NCBI GenBank assembly: GCA_050084515.1
Contig: CM114271.1
Location: 11,470,001-11,534,000 of the forward strand
Length of the DNA: 64,000 nt
DNA from: Blasia pusilla
Lineage: Eukaryota
Direction of reading: 5' to 3'
Below, piece by piece: positions 10,934 to 25,400 of this stretch. Each line of letters opens with the position of its first letter. The first letter of the stretch is position 1. The notes under the pieces are model-generated. The model saw nothing but the letters and a program-made list of their open reading frames with translations. It had not been told where the DNA came from and searched no databases. Position numbers and translations under genes: made by a program.

Positions 10934-13197
10934 TACCTTGAACCCGTCCTCGTGGCAACCCGTCGGAGACCGACAGGTTGCGGGCCTTTGTCGTCTTCGG
11001 ACAAGAACACGAGGTACCCGCGCAACCCGTCGGAGACCGATAGATTGCGCGCCTATGCCGTCTTTGGACAAGAACGTGAGGAACCCGCGCAACCCGTCGA
11101 ATTCCGGTGGGTTGCACGCTTCCCTGGTCTTGGGATAACAAGGCGGGTTTCCCGTGCAACTTGTCGGCTTCCTTCATGTTAGCGTTACAAGGCAAGGCAC
11201 TTGCGCAACCCGTGTGAGGTTGACGGGTTGCGCACCTCCGCCGTCTTTGAGCAAGAAGGTGCGGCACCCGCGCAACTTGTAAAAAACAGACGGGTTGCGC
11301 GCTTCTTTAATGTAAGTGTAAGAAGGTGAGGAAATTGCGCAACCCGTCGGAGGCCGACAGGTTGCGCGCCTCCACCGTCTTTGGGCAAGAAGGCGCGGCA
11401 CCCGCGCAACTCGTCAGAGATCGACGGGTTGTACCCTTCCTTCATGTTAGCGTTACAAGGTGAGGCAGAAGCGTCCAACCCGTCCGAAGCCAACGGGTTG
11501 CACGCTTCGCTTATCTTGGGTTAATAGGCGAGGTACCAGGGCAACCAGTCGGTTATCGACAGGTTGCACGCTTTTCTATCCCTCGGGTAATAATGCGACA
11601 ACACATAATTCCGAGGCAACCCATTGCAATCCGACGGGTTACAAGATCTACCCTGAGTTGGACAATCCCGCAAAAGTCCCCAACGATTGGTTGCCTTAGC
11701 ATATGCAAGCGATATCTTGTGTTTGATGCTAGCAAAATCGACTCAAAAAACCTTTGGTCGGCAAGAAGGGGATACCAACCCAACGGACTCCGACGAGTTC
11801 CAACAAAAAGAAGTGCACGCTTCGCAACCAACATCTCTGATTCCAAAATTCTGCAACCCACCTGACTCCGACAGGTTGCAAAAGAATTAAATCCATTGTG
11901 TCAGACATTTTCAACTACCACACTTCATCTTGTCAGTCAAAGTCTGTCAAGAGAATCTGAGTCCCTATTCACTATAAATTAAACATTCTCATTCTCATTC
12001 TCATTCTCATACCAATTTCTGTCTCCTCCCAGTAGAATCTTCTCGGAATGGATAATTATATGAAGCTCACTTGTGGTAGTCATCTAGCGTCCCTTCCTCA
12101 ATCAGAAATCGTTTGACCGTAAGCTCGTGAGTCTTTCATAGCAGTGGATGAAAATTTTCTCTCAGTTCGATTTCTTCTCCAAATTGGAACCATCTTTGTA
12201 TCCAAGGATGTTAGGGTGGACTGTATGGAGGACATAATAGGTGAGACAGTCCAGCCAATGATTGTAGATTGTAAAGTATGGAATCTCCTACCTCTAGCAA
12301 ATGGTCAATACAGAGTTTACGGCTTGCCCCTAAATTCTTCTGTTTCCCAAGTAGACGGTCCAGAATTTCCTAGTGCACCGAGCTCTACGTTTGCAACTCC
12401 CAGCTCAGTAGAATCGGCTTCGACTCCAACTTCACACGCTCGTAATAATGTTGTACTCCCTAAAGACATTCTGGATGTTATCAACCTCAATGGATCTGTG
12501 GACATCAACCGGACTCGTCAATGGATCTGTCCGCCTACTCGTTCCTCTTGCGAGTATCACGCAATAGTTTGCTATCGTCTGTGGCCTTGAAAATATTCAA
12601 GCATATTCTTGTCAACGAGCTGCCGCCCAAGTACGATAGTAATTGCATTTTTGAGTTGCCTCCACTTGCTGCTCCTGCTCAAAAGAAAGATGGAGTACGC
12701 TTGAAGGGTATGGACAGAAAGTTTGATTGTCATCGATGGTGCAGGCTTCAACGGACTAGTGCTTCAATTCCTGATGGTCCTTGGATTGTCTCCCGCCGCC
12801 AATGTGTTGGAGCCTTGGAGTGTAGAAGTCCATAATGCCGGTATCTAGAGTGCAACGGGCGAGTCAATACGTCGCCCGTTGCGCCCCCAAGAATGCATAA
12901 ACTCCATACGGGGTCGCTGCCACCATACTGCCGGGAGGCCATTGATGTCCTCATTGTCAAGCATCGCCCTTCTGCGTTGGAGCGTGTCTTACATATATAT
13001 TTTTCATTGTCCACGACTTGGGCTCCACGTCAAAATACACAAGGCTGGAAGGTCATATTGGCTCCCACACTCATCCTGTGACCGATGCAATTCAAAGACA
13101 CAGCAAGGAGGATATGGCAAAGAAAGTTGCCGAGGTCTACAGAAACTCTCCGGGTTCAAAGCCCGGAGTGATCAAGCTCACAACAGCATCGCAAATT

Positions 13198-13574
13198 TGT
13201 GAGAAAACAGAAAGTGGCCTAGTCCGTCTGTGCGCTCACAGAAGAGCTTCGATGGAACCTGAACTGGGAGATAACTCGACATACGAGAATGCGCTACCGC
13301 TGCGGCTCCCAACTATTTGACTACTCAGGAAAACTAGGGTTTTTACCTATTTTTCTTTATTTCTATTAATAGAAAAAATATGGCATCAGGGTGCCCGGCA
13401 CCTTGATGCAATATAGGGTTAGATAAATAGTAACGCTGCTCCTAAAACCACCTACGTCATATTACTATGACTCCTTCGACGTCTAAGTCGGAACCATCAA
13501 TCTAGGCTTCTCCTCATACAAGGGGGCCGATCAGATTAATGGTGCTTAGAGAAGTGGATGTTGAGAATTCAACC
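13198..13574 (-). repeat. Copia 3' LTR (with internal deletions)
   Basis: Matches 17670-18105, except for a ~43-bp deletion between AAAGTG microhomologies and a second short deletion. Confidence 0.9.
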
Positions 13575-13599
13575 CCCCCCCCCCGCCCTCCTCAACATC

Positions 13600-16500
13600 C
13601 ACTCTCATGTGGACTACTGTCTTGGACCTATGCCAAGATCCTTCAGATGTCGGTGAAGTTGATCTCCGCTCAAAGCTTTTGTGAAGATGTGTGCACGGTT
13701 ATCCTCTGTTGGACAATAGACTAACTTCAAACCCTCTCTCTCGATCAATTCACGAACAAAGTGATATCGATCTCTATGTGCTTAAATGACGAGCATGAAA
13801 CACAGGATTATGTGCTATGGCAATGCAACTCTGATTGTCACACCACATTACACTAGCACTTTCTGGTGCTTCTCCTATGTCCTCCAATATCCATCTCAAC
13901 CGTACTACTTCACAAGAAGCATAACAAGCCGCCTTGTACTCTACCTCGGTAGAAGAAAGAGCCAGTGTAGGTTGCTTCTTGCTGACCCATGACACCACAC
14001 CTGATCCTACCAAGAAGCAATAACCCGAAACTGATCTTCGAGAATCTGAATCTCCTACCCAATCCGAGTCACAAAAACCTGTCATTTCCATCCCTGCTCC
14101 ATAGGTGATGCCGTACTCGATAGTGCCTTTGATGTACTTCAACACACGCATCCCTGACTTCCAATGGTTCTCACGAGGCTTAGTTGAGAACCTACTCAAC
14201 ACTCCTACAGCGAAGCTAATGTCTGGTCTAGTGTTACACAAAAATATCAAACTGCCTATAAGCTTTCTGTACAACTTTTCATCTACCAATGGTGAAACAT
14301 CATCCATAGAGAGTTTCAACTCTACCTCCATTGGCGAGACCACTGCCTTACACTCGGTCATCCCGAATGCCTTCAAGATTTCTCTAGCATACTTCTGCTG
14401 AGAGAGAAAAATAGAATCTGACTGTTGCCAAATTTCCAGCCTTATAAAGTAGTGCAAAAGACCTAAATCTGATATTTCAAACTCAGATTTCAACACTCCC
14501 TTCATTTCCTCTATTTTCTTACTATGGTCTCCTGTGACGATCAGATCATCCACATACAGGACTATCAACATATACATCCCATCTTTGCAAAACACATACA
14601 AATTTGCTTCTGACGGACTCTTGATGAGACCCTTCTCTTGAAAGAATGTATCTATTCGTTGATACCATACCCTTGGGGCTTGCTTCAACCCATACAATGC
14701 TTGATGAAGTAAACAAACTTTCTCTTCTGATCCGGGTGTCTCAAAACCTCGTGGTTGAGAAACATATACCTCCTCCTTGCGACTCCCGTTCAGAAAGGCA
14801 AACTTTGCATTGTATTGGTATACAGGCCAACGTCTTGTTCCTGCAACCGCTAGAACAATTCGAATGGTTGTCAGTCATCCTTGCAGTAGCAGCAAAAGTC
14901 TCATAGTAGTCAAAACCTTTGATTTGTGAGCATCCTTGTGCAACCAACCTTGCTTTGAATTTATCCAATGTACAGTCCGACTTGTACTTGGTCTTGTACA
15001 CCCACTTGGTGCGTATTATCTTCCTGTCCTTTGGCTTTTCAACCAAAGTCCAAGTTTCATTCCTCTGAAAAGCGTCCATCTCCATCTGCATGGCCTCTCT
15101 CCATTGAGGATGAGCAAGGGCCTCATCCAAGCATGATGGCTCTTCCACTTTCAAGACCTTTGTCATCAAGGCCATGTTGACGAGATGTGCGGAAGCTCTA
15201 TTCTACTCCTCTAGTCTCTTGGATCTCCTTGGATGTGTAACAACTTCATCAGTTGGTGGTGGATCCTTACCATCCAAGAGCTGCTTTATCCACTTAGGGT
15301 ATGACGACCGTAGTGGAAGAGCAGGTTGCTCTTTGTAATCATCACCAAATTCTTCTTCTTGATGATCTGGTGTAAACATTTGTGGTGTGCTCTGGTGGGT
15401 TATCTCTTCGTTTGATGATAATGTGGACGGACCACTGATATCCGCCACTTGACGAGGCTGTTCCTGGAACACCACATCACGACTCACAAGCATCTTCTTT
15501 TCCTCAGGACACCAAAGGCGATAAGCTTTAGACTCATCACTGTACCCCATAAAGATGCACTTCCTGCTCTTGGACTCCAGCTTGGTCCTCGATGCTTCAG
15601 GAATATGTACAAAACACTCACTACCAAAAGTCTTAAAATGTTGGACTGATGGACCTTACCTGAGTATGATTGATGAGGAGTCATGCCTTTCACTGACTTG
15701 GTAGCACTTCTATTTAGAATGTATACTGCAGTATTAACAGCTTCAGCCCAAGATCCTTCTGTCAAACCTTTTGCTTTCATCATACATCTTGCCATCTCCA
15801 CCATTGTATGGTTTCGACGCTCAACAACTTCATTTTGTTGTGGTGTATGTACCGTGGTTAACTGTCGCTTGATTCCATGCTCCCCCATATATTTGTTGAA
15901 TTTTGTTGATAAGAATTCTCCTCCTCGATCGGTGCAAAGCTTTTGTACCTTCTTTCCTGTCTCATTCTCAACCAGCTTGTGCCATACTTTAAATTTTCCA
16001 AAAGCACTTGCCTTATCACGAAGGAAATACACCCACATCTTCCTGCTATAGTCGTCGACAACTAAAAAGAAGTAGGAAGAACCACCTAATGCCATTGTTC
16101 TCACTTTACCACAGAGGTCAGCATGTATCAACTCTAGAGGAGCCTTTGCCCTATTGCTAGACTCTTGTGGAAATGATTGTCGGTGTTGCTTGCCCATCAT
16201 ACAAGCTTCACAAGTATCCGACACTCCAGAAATTGTTGGTATCCAACTTCTCAGTAAGCTTCTCAAGTATCCAACTTACTACTACTAAGATCTGTACCTA
16301 CACTTGTCGTGAAAGCATACAACTCGTAGATATTTCCACGTCGTATACCTTCATCCACTACTTTCCTATTGGCATCCTCAATGACTGCTCCAGTTTACTT
16401 GAAACGAACTTCTAGGTCACGATCACATAATACTGCCACTGAAATCAAATTTCACTTCAACTCTGGTAGGTATAGTACATCAGTTAACTTCTTTTCATCT

Positions 16501-17522
16501 CCTTTTTGTGAGACTAAAGAAATTGTGCCTTTCCCTTGTACAAGGCACTTTGCATTATTCCCAACAGTAACAACAATTGGCTCCTGTAGAGGCTGTAAGG
16601 AGCTATACCAATCCTTATGATTGATCATATGCCTAGATGCTCCACTATCGAGCATCCATGCATCTTCACTCTTTGACTTAGTGGAATGTTCTGCATGTGT
16701 GCAAAACTCTTTTATTGCTACCCAAACATCTACTTCATGTTCTCCTAGTTCTGCACAATTTTCAGACTCCTTCTTAGGTCTTAAAAAACCGTTCTTCTCA
16801 TCTTGACTCCTCTTTCTACAATCTTTGATAAGATGACCTAGCTTACCACAATAAAAGCATTTGAAGGCTTTTCTTGGAAATTTCTTCTTGACATTTGAAT
16901 TGTAATCTTGATTTCTACCTCTCTGTACGTTGGCAGTAAATGCTGCATCACTTCCCTCTCTTGCTGTGAAGCGCATTTCCTCTTCTACCAACATTGCACT
17001 AAATTGTTCAAAAGTAAGCGGCGTGGATCTTACTTGAGTATTCAGTGTAGTGACCAAATTGTCATACCTTGGAGGCAAAATCCTTATGCACCGACGTGCC
17101 AAATCTTTGCTAGACTTTGAAACTCCTACGGACGCCATCTGATCTTGAAGATTCTTGATCCTTGTCAAAAATTGCTCCGCACTTTCTCCTTCTGAAAATT
17201 TCTCGGACGTAAGCTGATTCTCCAGATTCTGAATCCGAGTCTCATTCCTCGTTTCATACTGATTCTTCAAAATGTTCCACGCCTCAACAACAGTGGTTGT
17301 ATGTTGAATGAGAGTCATGACAGAATCAGTTACATTCGTGACAATTGCATATAGAGCATCAGCGTTTCCGTGACTCCATGCCAACAATACAACAGGATCG
17401 ATATCCCAAGATGAAGATGAACATGCAGAACTCAAACTAGCTTGTGGATTTGAATCGACCCCTATGGCCGTTTCCCAAATCTCAAATGATTCGAGGATAA
17501 TTCTCATTTTCAACTTCCACAA
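13600..17522 (-). pseudogene. Copia gag-pol (disrupted)
   Basis: Zn knuckle CFYCGKLGHLIKDC, protease WMLDSGAS, integrase LELIHADLCG/TDRGGEF, RT LYVDDL, RNase H GFCDSDW. Confidence 0.92.
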
Positions 17523-17669
17523 CGTTTAGTTAGACCCATCTAACTTCCCTTCACCCAGCGGAGGAGGGCGATCACGAACTGAAGAAGAAGTAGCCATCTT
17601 TCAAGATTTTGTGCAAACATACTAGATCGCCAGATACAAAATACTGGAAAACCTATTGCACTGATATCA

Positions 17670-18105
17670 TGTGAGAAAAAAGAAAGTGACGAAATCACTG
17701 AAATCTTTACAAAACCTAGAGATACAAAGTGGCCTAGTCCGTCCGTACGCTCACATAAGAGCTTCGATGGAACCTGAACTGGGAGATAACTCGACATACG
17801 AGAATGCGCTACCGCTGCGGCTCCCGACTATTTGACTACTCGGAAAAACTAGGGTTTTTACCTATTTTTCTTCTTTTCTATTAATAGAATTTTTTTATCT
17901 AACCCTACATTGCATCAGGGTGCCCCGCATCCTGATGCAATATAGGGTTAGATAAACCTAGGAACGCTACTCCTAAAGCCACCTACGTCATATTACTATG
18001 ACTCCTCCGACGTCTAAGTCGGAACCATCAATCTAGGCTTCTCCTTATACAAGGGGGCGGATAAGATTAATGGTGCTTAGAAAAGTGGATGTTGAGAATC
18101 CAACA
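17670..18105 (-). repeat. Copia 5' LTR
   Basis: TG..CA, adjacent to the PBS, homologous to 13198-13574. Confidence 0.9.
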
Positions 18106-21100
18106 AAATTTGTGAACAATTGCTTGGAATCCCTGTACAAGGCGAGATCACGGCTGCTGAGGAGAAACAATTATGGGAAAATCTCGCATTTCTCGTTGAT
18201 CCTGAATGCTTCCGGAATTTGCTGTGTCAAATATGGGTACTGGATGGAAAGACGGCCGAAATGGATGCCATTTCCAGAATCAAGGCCAACTCCAGATTTC
18301 CATTCATTCAGAGATGGTTGTTCATGGGCCAGGGAGGCGAGGGATCTAGGGCCTATGTCTTCAAAATATCAACCACAAGTCCGTCGAGTGGCCTCGATCT
18401 TATAGATCGAATGAGGGAAGGGGAAGATCTTTACGGCTGTTGGGTAAGCTTTGATATTTGCTACAGAGTGCTGAACGGATGGTTGACGATGGATGCTCAC
18501 GTTTATGACCATGTGGAGAAGGGACTCAAAACTATATTTGTGTGTGAAGTAAAGGCAGAAGACGTTGGCAGTTTGAAGATGTGCTGGTTACTCTTATTGG
18601 AGGTGGTGAAGGAAAATAAAAGGCCACCTCCGGAAATTTATGGGTTCATGGCGAACAATGCACAACCTAGGTGGATTGCTATTAGGGAAGTGTTATGGGG
18701 TGAAGAGGTTCAATCGGAGAGGGAAAGGTCGGATGCTTTCCATGGGAAACAATCTGTGACCCGGTACATCAAATCTTGCATCAAGGAGAATAAGAGGACA
18801 GAGCATGTCACTCTACTCCAACGTTGCAAGGACAGCAAAACCTTGAAACAGGCCATGGAATGCCAAGAATAACTTCATTGGTGGTGGAGGAAGCATGCGA
18901 TTGAGGGGAAGTACAAAGAGTTGTGCTCTTGGTTGAGTTGGTGGACTATACATATGAGACAATGGGGAAACTTCATGCGGCAGGTGAGTTCACTATTTCG
19001 TCTTGTCACACGCTGAGAATTGTTTGAAAAGTTGCAGTTCAAGTTGAGAAGCGTGGGAACTATAGGGATTTCAAATCGAAGAAACCAAACAATTTGTTGG
19101 ATGGGACGGGTTGCTCGAGTGTGCAACCCGTCGGAAACGGACAGGTTGCCTGAGTGTGCAACCAGTCGGAAACCGATGGGTTGCATCGAGGAATTTGGTG
19201 CAACCCGTATACAAGTATGTAAGTTGCATGTATACAAGGCCTGCAAATAGTTCGACCCGGATGGGTTTCGGATGACTTGCAATTGGATCTTCCAGCCCGG
19301 AGTGGCCAAAGGTTCTTGCAACCCTTCGGAATCGGACGGGTTGCAGTAGGTGTTTCCTGGGTGTTGCAACACGTCAGGACCCGACGGGTCACAGAGTCCT
19401 TCATGGGATGCCTCTGCCTTGCAACCCATCTATTTCTGACAGATAGCTTATTTCTTTGACTTCTAAGCTATTTTCGTTCCCTTCTAACATTGCCGTCGTT
19501 GCAGGGATTGAACAGTCATGAAAATACCCTCTGCCCCAACACAAGTGGAGCAGAAAGTGTTCATTTCTCCTGGAGGTTGTCACAAGCATGCCAACAAATT
19601 TCACTTGTGGAGGCATGCCAACAAGACCAAGCAAGAGCAATGCTACAGTCTGCAGCATCCCATATCTTCCTCACAAAAGGCATAACAAAAGGAAGGGTCC
19701 TTCAATCTACGAGCTCTATGTCAGGGCGGCTGTGAGATCTGGTGATGAAAAACTCTATCTGGAAGCCTTCAACCAGTGCATAGCAGGAACTCCCCTCGAG
19801 CAAGGCGTACACATTGGTGGGGATATTCGTGGGCGCCTTTCAAGACGTCCCATACAGATGGTGGTAGAGCAGCCCGAGCGAGACTCGTGGAGACCAAATA
19901 AGTATTTTGACTTCAGGCAGATGAAGAGGCAACATCGAGGAATGAATCCGGTGATTGATTTGGATGAGGAAATCACGCCGACCAGGTATTCGCGGACCCC
20001 GGACCGCTCCCAAATCCATGATGGAGTAACTTCTCCAAAATCAATGAATGTTTTATTTCAAAAGCCCTCCGTTGCTGGAAGTTCGCAACATCCGGTTGGT
20101 GGGGTGGTTCAACAATATGGGATTCCGGTAATGGAGGTGGATTCCAACCTAAAATGGTGGCATATATCTCGGAGCAACCCAGGACGTGGACACACTTGCA
20201 GGGCAGGATCTGATGGCATTAGGAGAGCATGCAACACTTTCCTAAATAAGAACTGTACAAGGACTGGACGACCACTGCCTGGGTTTTGGGGACTCAAAAC
20301 CTTTGATCGTTTAGGGTGGACCGGGGATCAATTGAAGTACTTCTTCTGCCCAAATGAATCTTGCGCTTTCCGCAAGTCTTATTCGGCTGGCATTGGAGCT
20401 CCGGGGAATACCCCCACGATTTGGCCCATCGTTGCAGGTACGAACTGCACTCAAGACGAAGTGGACAATCTTACAAGTGCCGGTTTCAGACTCATAGACG
20501 GAGGAAGTTTGGAGCATGTTTGCATTACAGAGACCTTCGCATTTCATATTCAACCCAAGATTGATGTCAACATGTACCCGGAGAAGGTGGGGGGCTGGTA
20601 TTCTGGCAAGAGAGAGTAAGAGAGGAGAGGAAGAGAGGAAGAGAGGAGAGTCTCTCTTCAAAAAAAAGGGCCAAATCCGCCTCCTCTCTTCAAAAATTTT
20701 TGACACATTTGAAATTTTTGTTTGCTTTCAAATTCAGGAAATCTTTAGAAGAGAGTATTTAGTGATCCACATTTGGCCCTAAAAAAACCTCCTCTTTCCT
20801 AGGGGCGAGAAAAAAGGAGACATCATAAGACCACCCTAAACATTTTTCCATCACTCTCCATGTGAGCCTAAGTTTCTTAACATTCCCTGTCTCGGTCAAC
20901 AAAAAGCAGTGCCCTTGGTATTTTTGTTGGAGGACCACCCGGATGGGTACCTCTCTTTTTGCAGGGATTGTTGCCTGCATCATGGCCTCCCCTAAATTGC
21001 CCCATAACCAACTTTCTGTCGGTTATGAATGGTGTCTGCTCAAGAAAGTTGGTCTTGAGGAACAAATCAGATCCTTAGGCTGAGAAACCGAGAAGCTGCA

Positions 21101-22405
21101 CCCCTCCCAACCCGTAAGAAAGCTCACCATAAGAAAGGAAAGATTTTAAGAAGTGATTTTCTTCCACCCTGCACCCACGACGATCTAACGGGTTGGGAAT
21201 CCGAAATGGCAATCCGACAGGTAGTAGGAATCCTGCACATCTTAGACAAGAAAAGAAGCCTACAATTGGTTGGATGAATGAAGGGGAACGAGCCAAAAGT
21301 CAAGAAGCCCGCCACAATGCACCAAAAGTTGGTCTCACCGGGATAGAGTCCGATCACTCAAGCAGTCAACTTGTCAGAATCCGATAGGTTGCCTGGAAAT
21401 GGTTAAAAAGTTGCAGTTGGCAAAAAGCAAAAAGTTGGAATCATACGGGATGCAGAATTGTAATTCTGAGTAGCTAAAAGAACACAATCCACAAGACCAA
21501 AAACATATTCCAGCAAACTTTTACAAACACCAGTATGGGTTGAAAAAATCTCGTCCTTTATTACCTCCGAAGGAACCTCGGAAATGTACATTTCACTAGT
21601 CTATGATTTCTTCAGCCTCGTCATCTACAAATTTACTCCTAACTCTCCTCGGTGACAGTACCAAAGGAATGTCTTGGGATTCAAGTGGCTCCTCTGGCCG
21701 ATTGTAGACGGGGATCGAAAATATTGGCGAATTCGAGAGCCTTGGGCCCCCCCTAGGTACACCATAATGGTCCCATGTAACCTGTCTCGAGTCCCACCGC
21801 CTTCCTCGGCAGTATACCTTGTACGCTCTGCAATGTCACACCCATCCAGTATCAATATCTGCTCCGTCCCCGGTAATACCACTATGGCAACCGCACAGGT
21901 AGAAGGAATCCAACACATGTGAGAGAAGAAAAGAAGCCTACGCTTGCCTTTACGAGTTGAGGGGAAGGTGCCAAGGGAAGAAGCCCGCCAGACTGCCTCT
22001 TAAGTTGGACCAACAGGGAAAGGGTCCGATCAGACAACTTGTCGGAATCAGACAGGTTTCCTGGAGGTGGTAAAAAGGGTACAATGGTAAAAAAGCAAAA
22101 AGTTGCAAGGAGGAGAAATCCGACGGGTTGCAGTGGTCATAAAGTGAAAGTTGCAAGCAGGAGAAATCCGACGGGTTGCAAAGTAGAAGTCCGTGGAGTA
22201 CATAGACGATCGCATTCGAAAAGACAAAATGATCAGCAAACATTTACAAGCACCACCATCGATCGAAAAAATCTTCTGCTTTATATCATCCCAAAAAAGC
22301 TCGGAACTGTACATTTGATCTATTCTATGAAATCTTTTGCCTCATTATCAAAAAACTCCCTACTCTTAACGGTGCAGTCAAGCTGGGTCGTTGAGTTCTT
22401 TGAAC

Positions 22406-25400
22406 TCACTCGTCATCGTCCGAGAGCTCTTGCAAAATCACTTTCGGCCTTGCCCTCCCAATTTTGGGAATCGTTGGAAGTGACGATGGAGTCACTACCA
22501 AGGGTGGCTCTAGAACCGGAGCTCTCGGCTTCGGTGGAGAGTTGTACGCCCCAACGAGCCTTTCGTATTCTGCCTTTGCCTCCTTGCAAAGGTCAAACAG
22601 TTCCTGCCTTCCCTCGAGGCAAAGAATGTTCCTGTCACTCTGCCAGGCGCCTCTGATACTCGCCCCTGAAAGGCCCACTAACCCCGGGATACTCGCCCCT
22701 GAAAGGCCCACTAACGGGATGGAGTGGTCCATCTGTAAATCAGCACGTTGGAAACAATGTCAGAAACTAAAGAAGTCGCCTTGAGAACATTTTCAATAAC
22801 TGACTTTGGATCAACCTATCGGAGTCCGACGGGTTGTTTTGTCCCGGACCAACCCGTTGGAACCCGATGGGTTGCAGTTGCTTTTGGGTTTTCCCAGTTG
22901 ATTTTGGTTTTTGGATGCAACCCGTCGAAAGGCGACGGGTTGCTGGCCTAGAGCAGCCCATGCTCGCTTGAGAGCAACCCGTCGCTATCAGACGGGTTGC
23001 ATCCAAAAACCAAAATCAACTGGGAAAACCCAAAAGCAACTCCAACCCGTCGGGTTCCGACGGGTTGCAGGTACACCACGGTTTTCCCTGTGTATGTGGG
23101 AAAGATGCAACCCGTCGGAAATCGACGGGTTGCTCTCAGCCGAGCATGGGCTGCTCTAAGCCAGCAACCCGTCGCCTTCCGACGGGTTGCTCACGGACAA
23201 AAAAAACCCAGATTGACTCTCATTCTACACATCATTATAAGATAATTGAAATTATTGTATAGGAATTGAGCCTTATCCGAATCTGACTCGTCGCGGATCG
23301 GAGTGGGTACTCGTTTTTTATGATCCATGATTGTGCCGTCCTCCACTTTAGCGACCTCTTGACGCACTGGAGGTTGAAGAGCTCGTCCTCGCTCCCTCCA
23401 GTCAACACCAAGAAGCAGCCCCTGTCACTCAGATAGGCGTCTGCAAAGGAGAACAAAAGTGCAATCTGGTCATAAGTGAGCGGCACATTCCACTCAGGTA
23501 CCTCCTCCGACGGATTCTCGCCCCAAAGTCGCAACCCCGAGGGCAGATCGGCGATCAAGAGATCCACCGCAACCTCTTCGACCACTCCATTCACCGTCCA
23601 GGCAGCATGCCCGTTTCGTTGGAGCTTCCGTCCCAGCGTTGTCAATTTTTCGATGGCTCGTGTCGACGCTTGAGAAGTGAAGCTCTTCAGCTCATCCAGT
23701 AAAGGAGTGAACTGAAGGAGGACGCTTGTCCAGGTCGTTGTTTGTCTGTGTCTTCCCAAGGATGATGGGCTGTATTCTCCTTAGGACAACCCGAGCATCT
23801 CTCGCTTCCGCTTCTCCCTAGCCTGGGGATGGCTTGTCGGGGTTTCTATGACCTCGGATTCTGGTGGCGTTTTTTTCGCTAAGGACCTGGTCCGACCCTC
23901 TCTCCCCGCTCGTCCGGACGATTCCGCCTCAAGCCTTGAATCTTCAGCCTCTCTTTGGGAAGACTCGGCCTCTGAATTTTTCCCTCCCCTCGCCTTGCCT
24001 TTGAGACCCGCTGTGGATTTGTCTTTGGCTGTCCGGACCTTGGAAGCCAACTCAGTTGTCTTGTGGGCTTGCTCTTCTGCATCTCCTCCGAAGAAGTCTT
24101 CAGGCTGGACGAAATTGGGGATGTCGTCTTGTCCTGAGGCCACTGCATCATGAAGTACTCGCAAGTCCTTATCCGTGATGTCTTCAAGGTCATTGAAGTC
24201 GAGCCAAATGGGGCAATTCTCCACCTCCCTATCGGACATGTGCTGCCCCATCTCCACGTCGTACATGGAGAATGTCTCTGCATCCGGCGGCGAAGCCCAC
24301 AATTTCAAGGCTACCGGTAATTTTCCCCACGTACCTACGTTCTTACACTGGATGAGGTTCCTGAAGACCATCCGTTGGGCAGCTTTTAGTCGAACAGAAT
24401 CGGCCGTCTGCTCCTATAGATCTCGCTTCTTCTTCGCTTGATCCCGTTTGTTCCCCTCTACTTCTTCATCAAGCTCTATCTGAGGGAGGACGCAAACCTT
24501 GAACATGGTCTTGAATCCTGGGTTTTTGGTTGGCTTGTCCCGGATGTCGTCGAGCCAAACCTCGTAATCTCCAGAACTTTCAAGGTTTGCTTCCGGCGGA
24601 ATGGGATCTAATCTTCTGAGCTCCGCTTGCAGACCGTCAAGCACGGACTTCCCGATTACTTGCAACGCGTCCCAGAACGACCATTCGCGTAGCCAATGCG
24701 AGATCACTGGATCGGACACACCTGGAGGATGGTGTGCCGCCCTCTTCTGGGCCTCTGAGCCCTCGAGACTGATTTTCATCAGTCGTATCCTCCTGAACTC
24801 GCTTATCCCGGACAATGCAAACCGATCCATGCGGATCTTCATCCCTCTTCCGCTGGCGCTTGATAATCGCCTTCAGCTCCTTGTAGAACTTCGGACCAAG
24901 TTCGGGGTTGAGAATGCTGATGTATCGCTGCATCTTGCTCGCCGTGTATTTCATTGCAGCAGATACTGCAGCTTGGATGAATTTGGCGCGCTCAAACGCA
25001 GATACCTTCTACCTCCGCTCTAGCTCCAGTGCAGCGCTTTTCTTCGCGGCCTGTATCTTCGACCAGCAAAGGATGGCTACGGCTGCATCTTGAGAAATAA
25101 ACTTGTTTGCCCAAGTTTTCTTCTTAATCTGAGCACCCTTTGCAAGCATCTGATTGACGAGGGCATCGCCCAAGAACCCCCTGTACTCTCCCAGGTGCGT
25201 CGTAAGCACCTTCCTCACCCGATCGCAGTCCTGGATCCATTGGTGGGTGACATTCCCCTCCGATACAATCCTGCACATCCAAACTCAACCCGTCAGGAAA
25301 TAACATGGGTTCCTGCAACCCGTCGGACTCTGACGGGTCGTCACAGCTCAAGGTCGGATTCTAGCAACGAGCTAAATGATGCAACCCATCGGAGTCCGAC

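Larger units (their letters stand above)
13198..18105 (-). mobile_element. Full-length decayed Ty1/Copia LTR retrotransposon
   Basis: TG..CA termini; TSD AAATT (13193-97 and 18106-10). PBS-like TGATATCAGTGC (iMet type) at 17658-69 and G-rich PPT at ~13574-90. Domain order gag-PR-INT-RT-RH. Confidence 0.95.
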
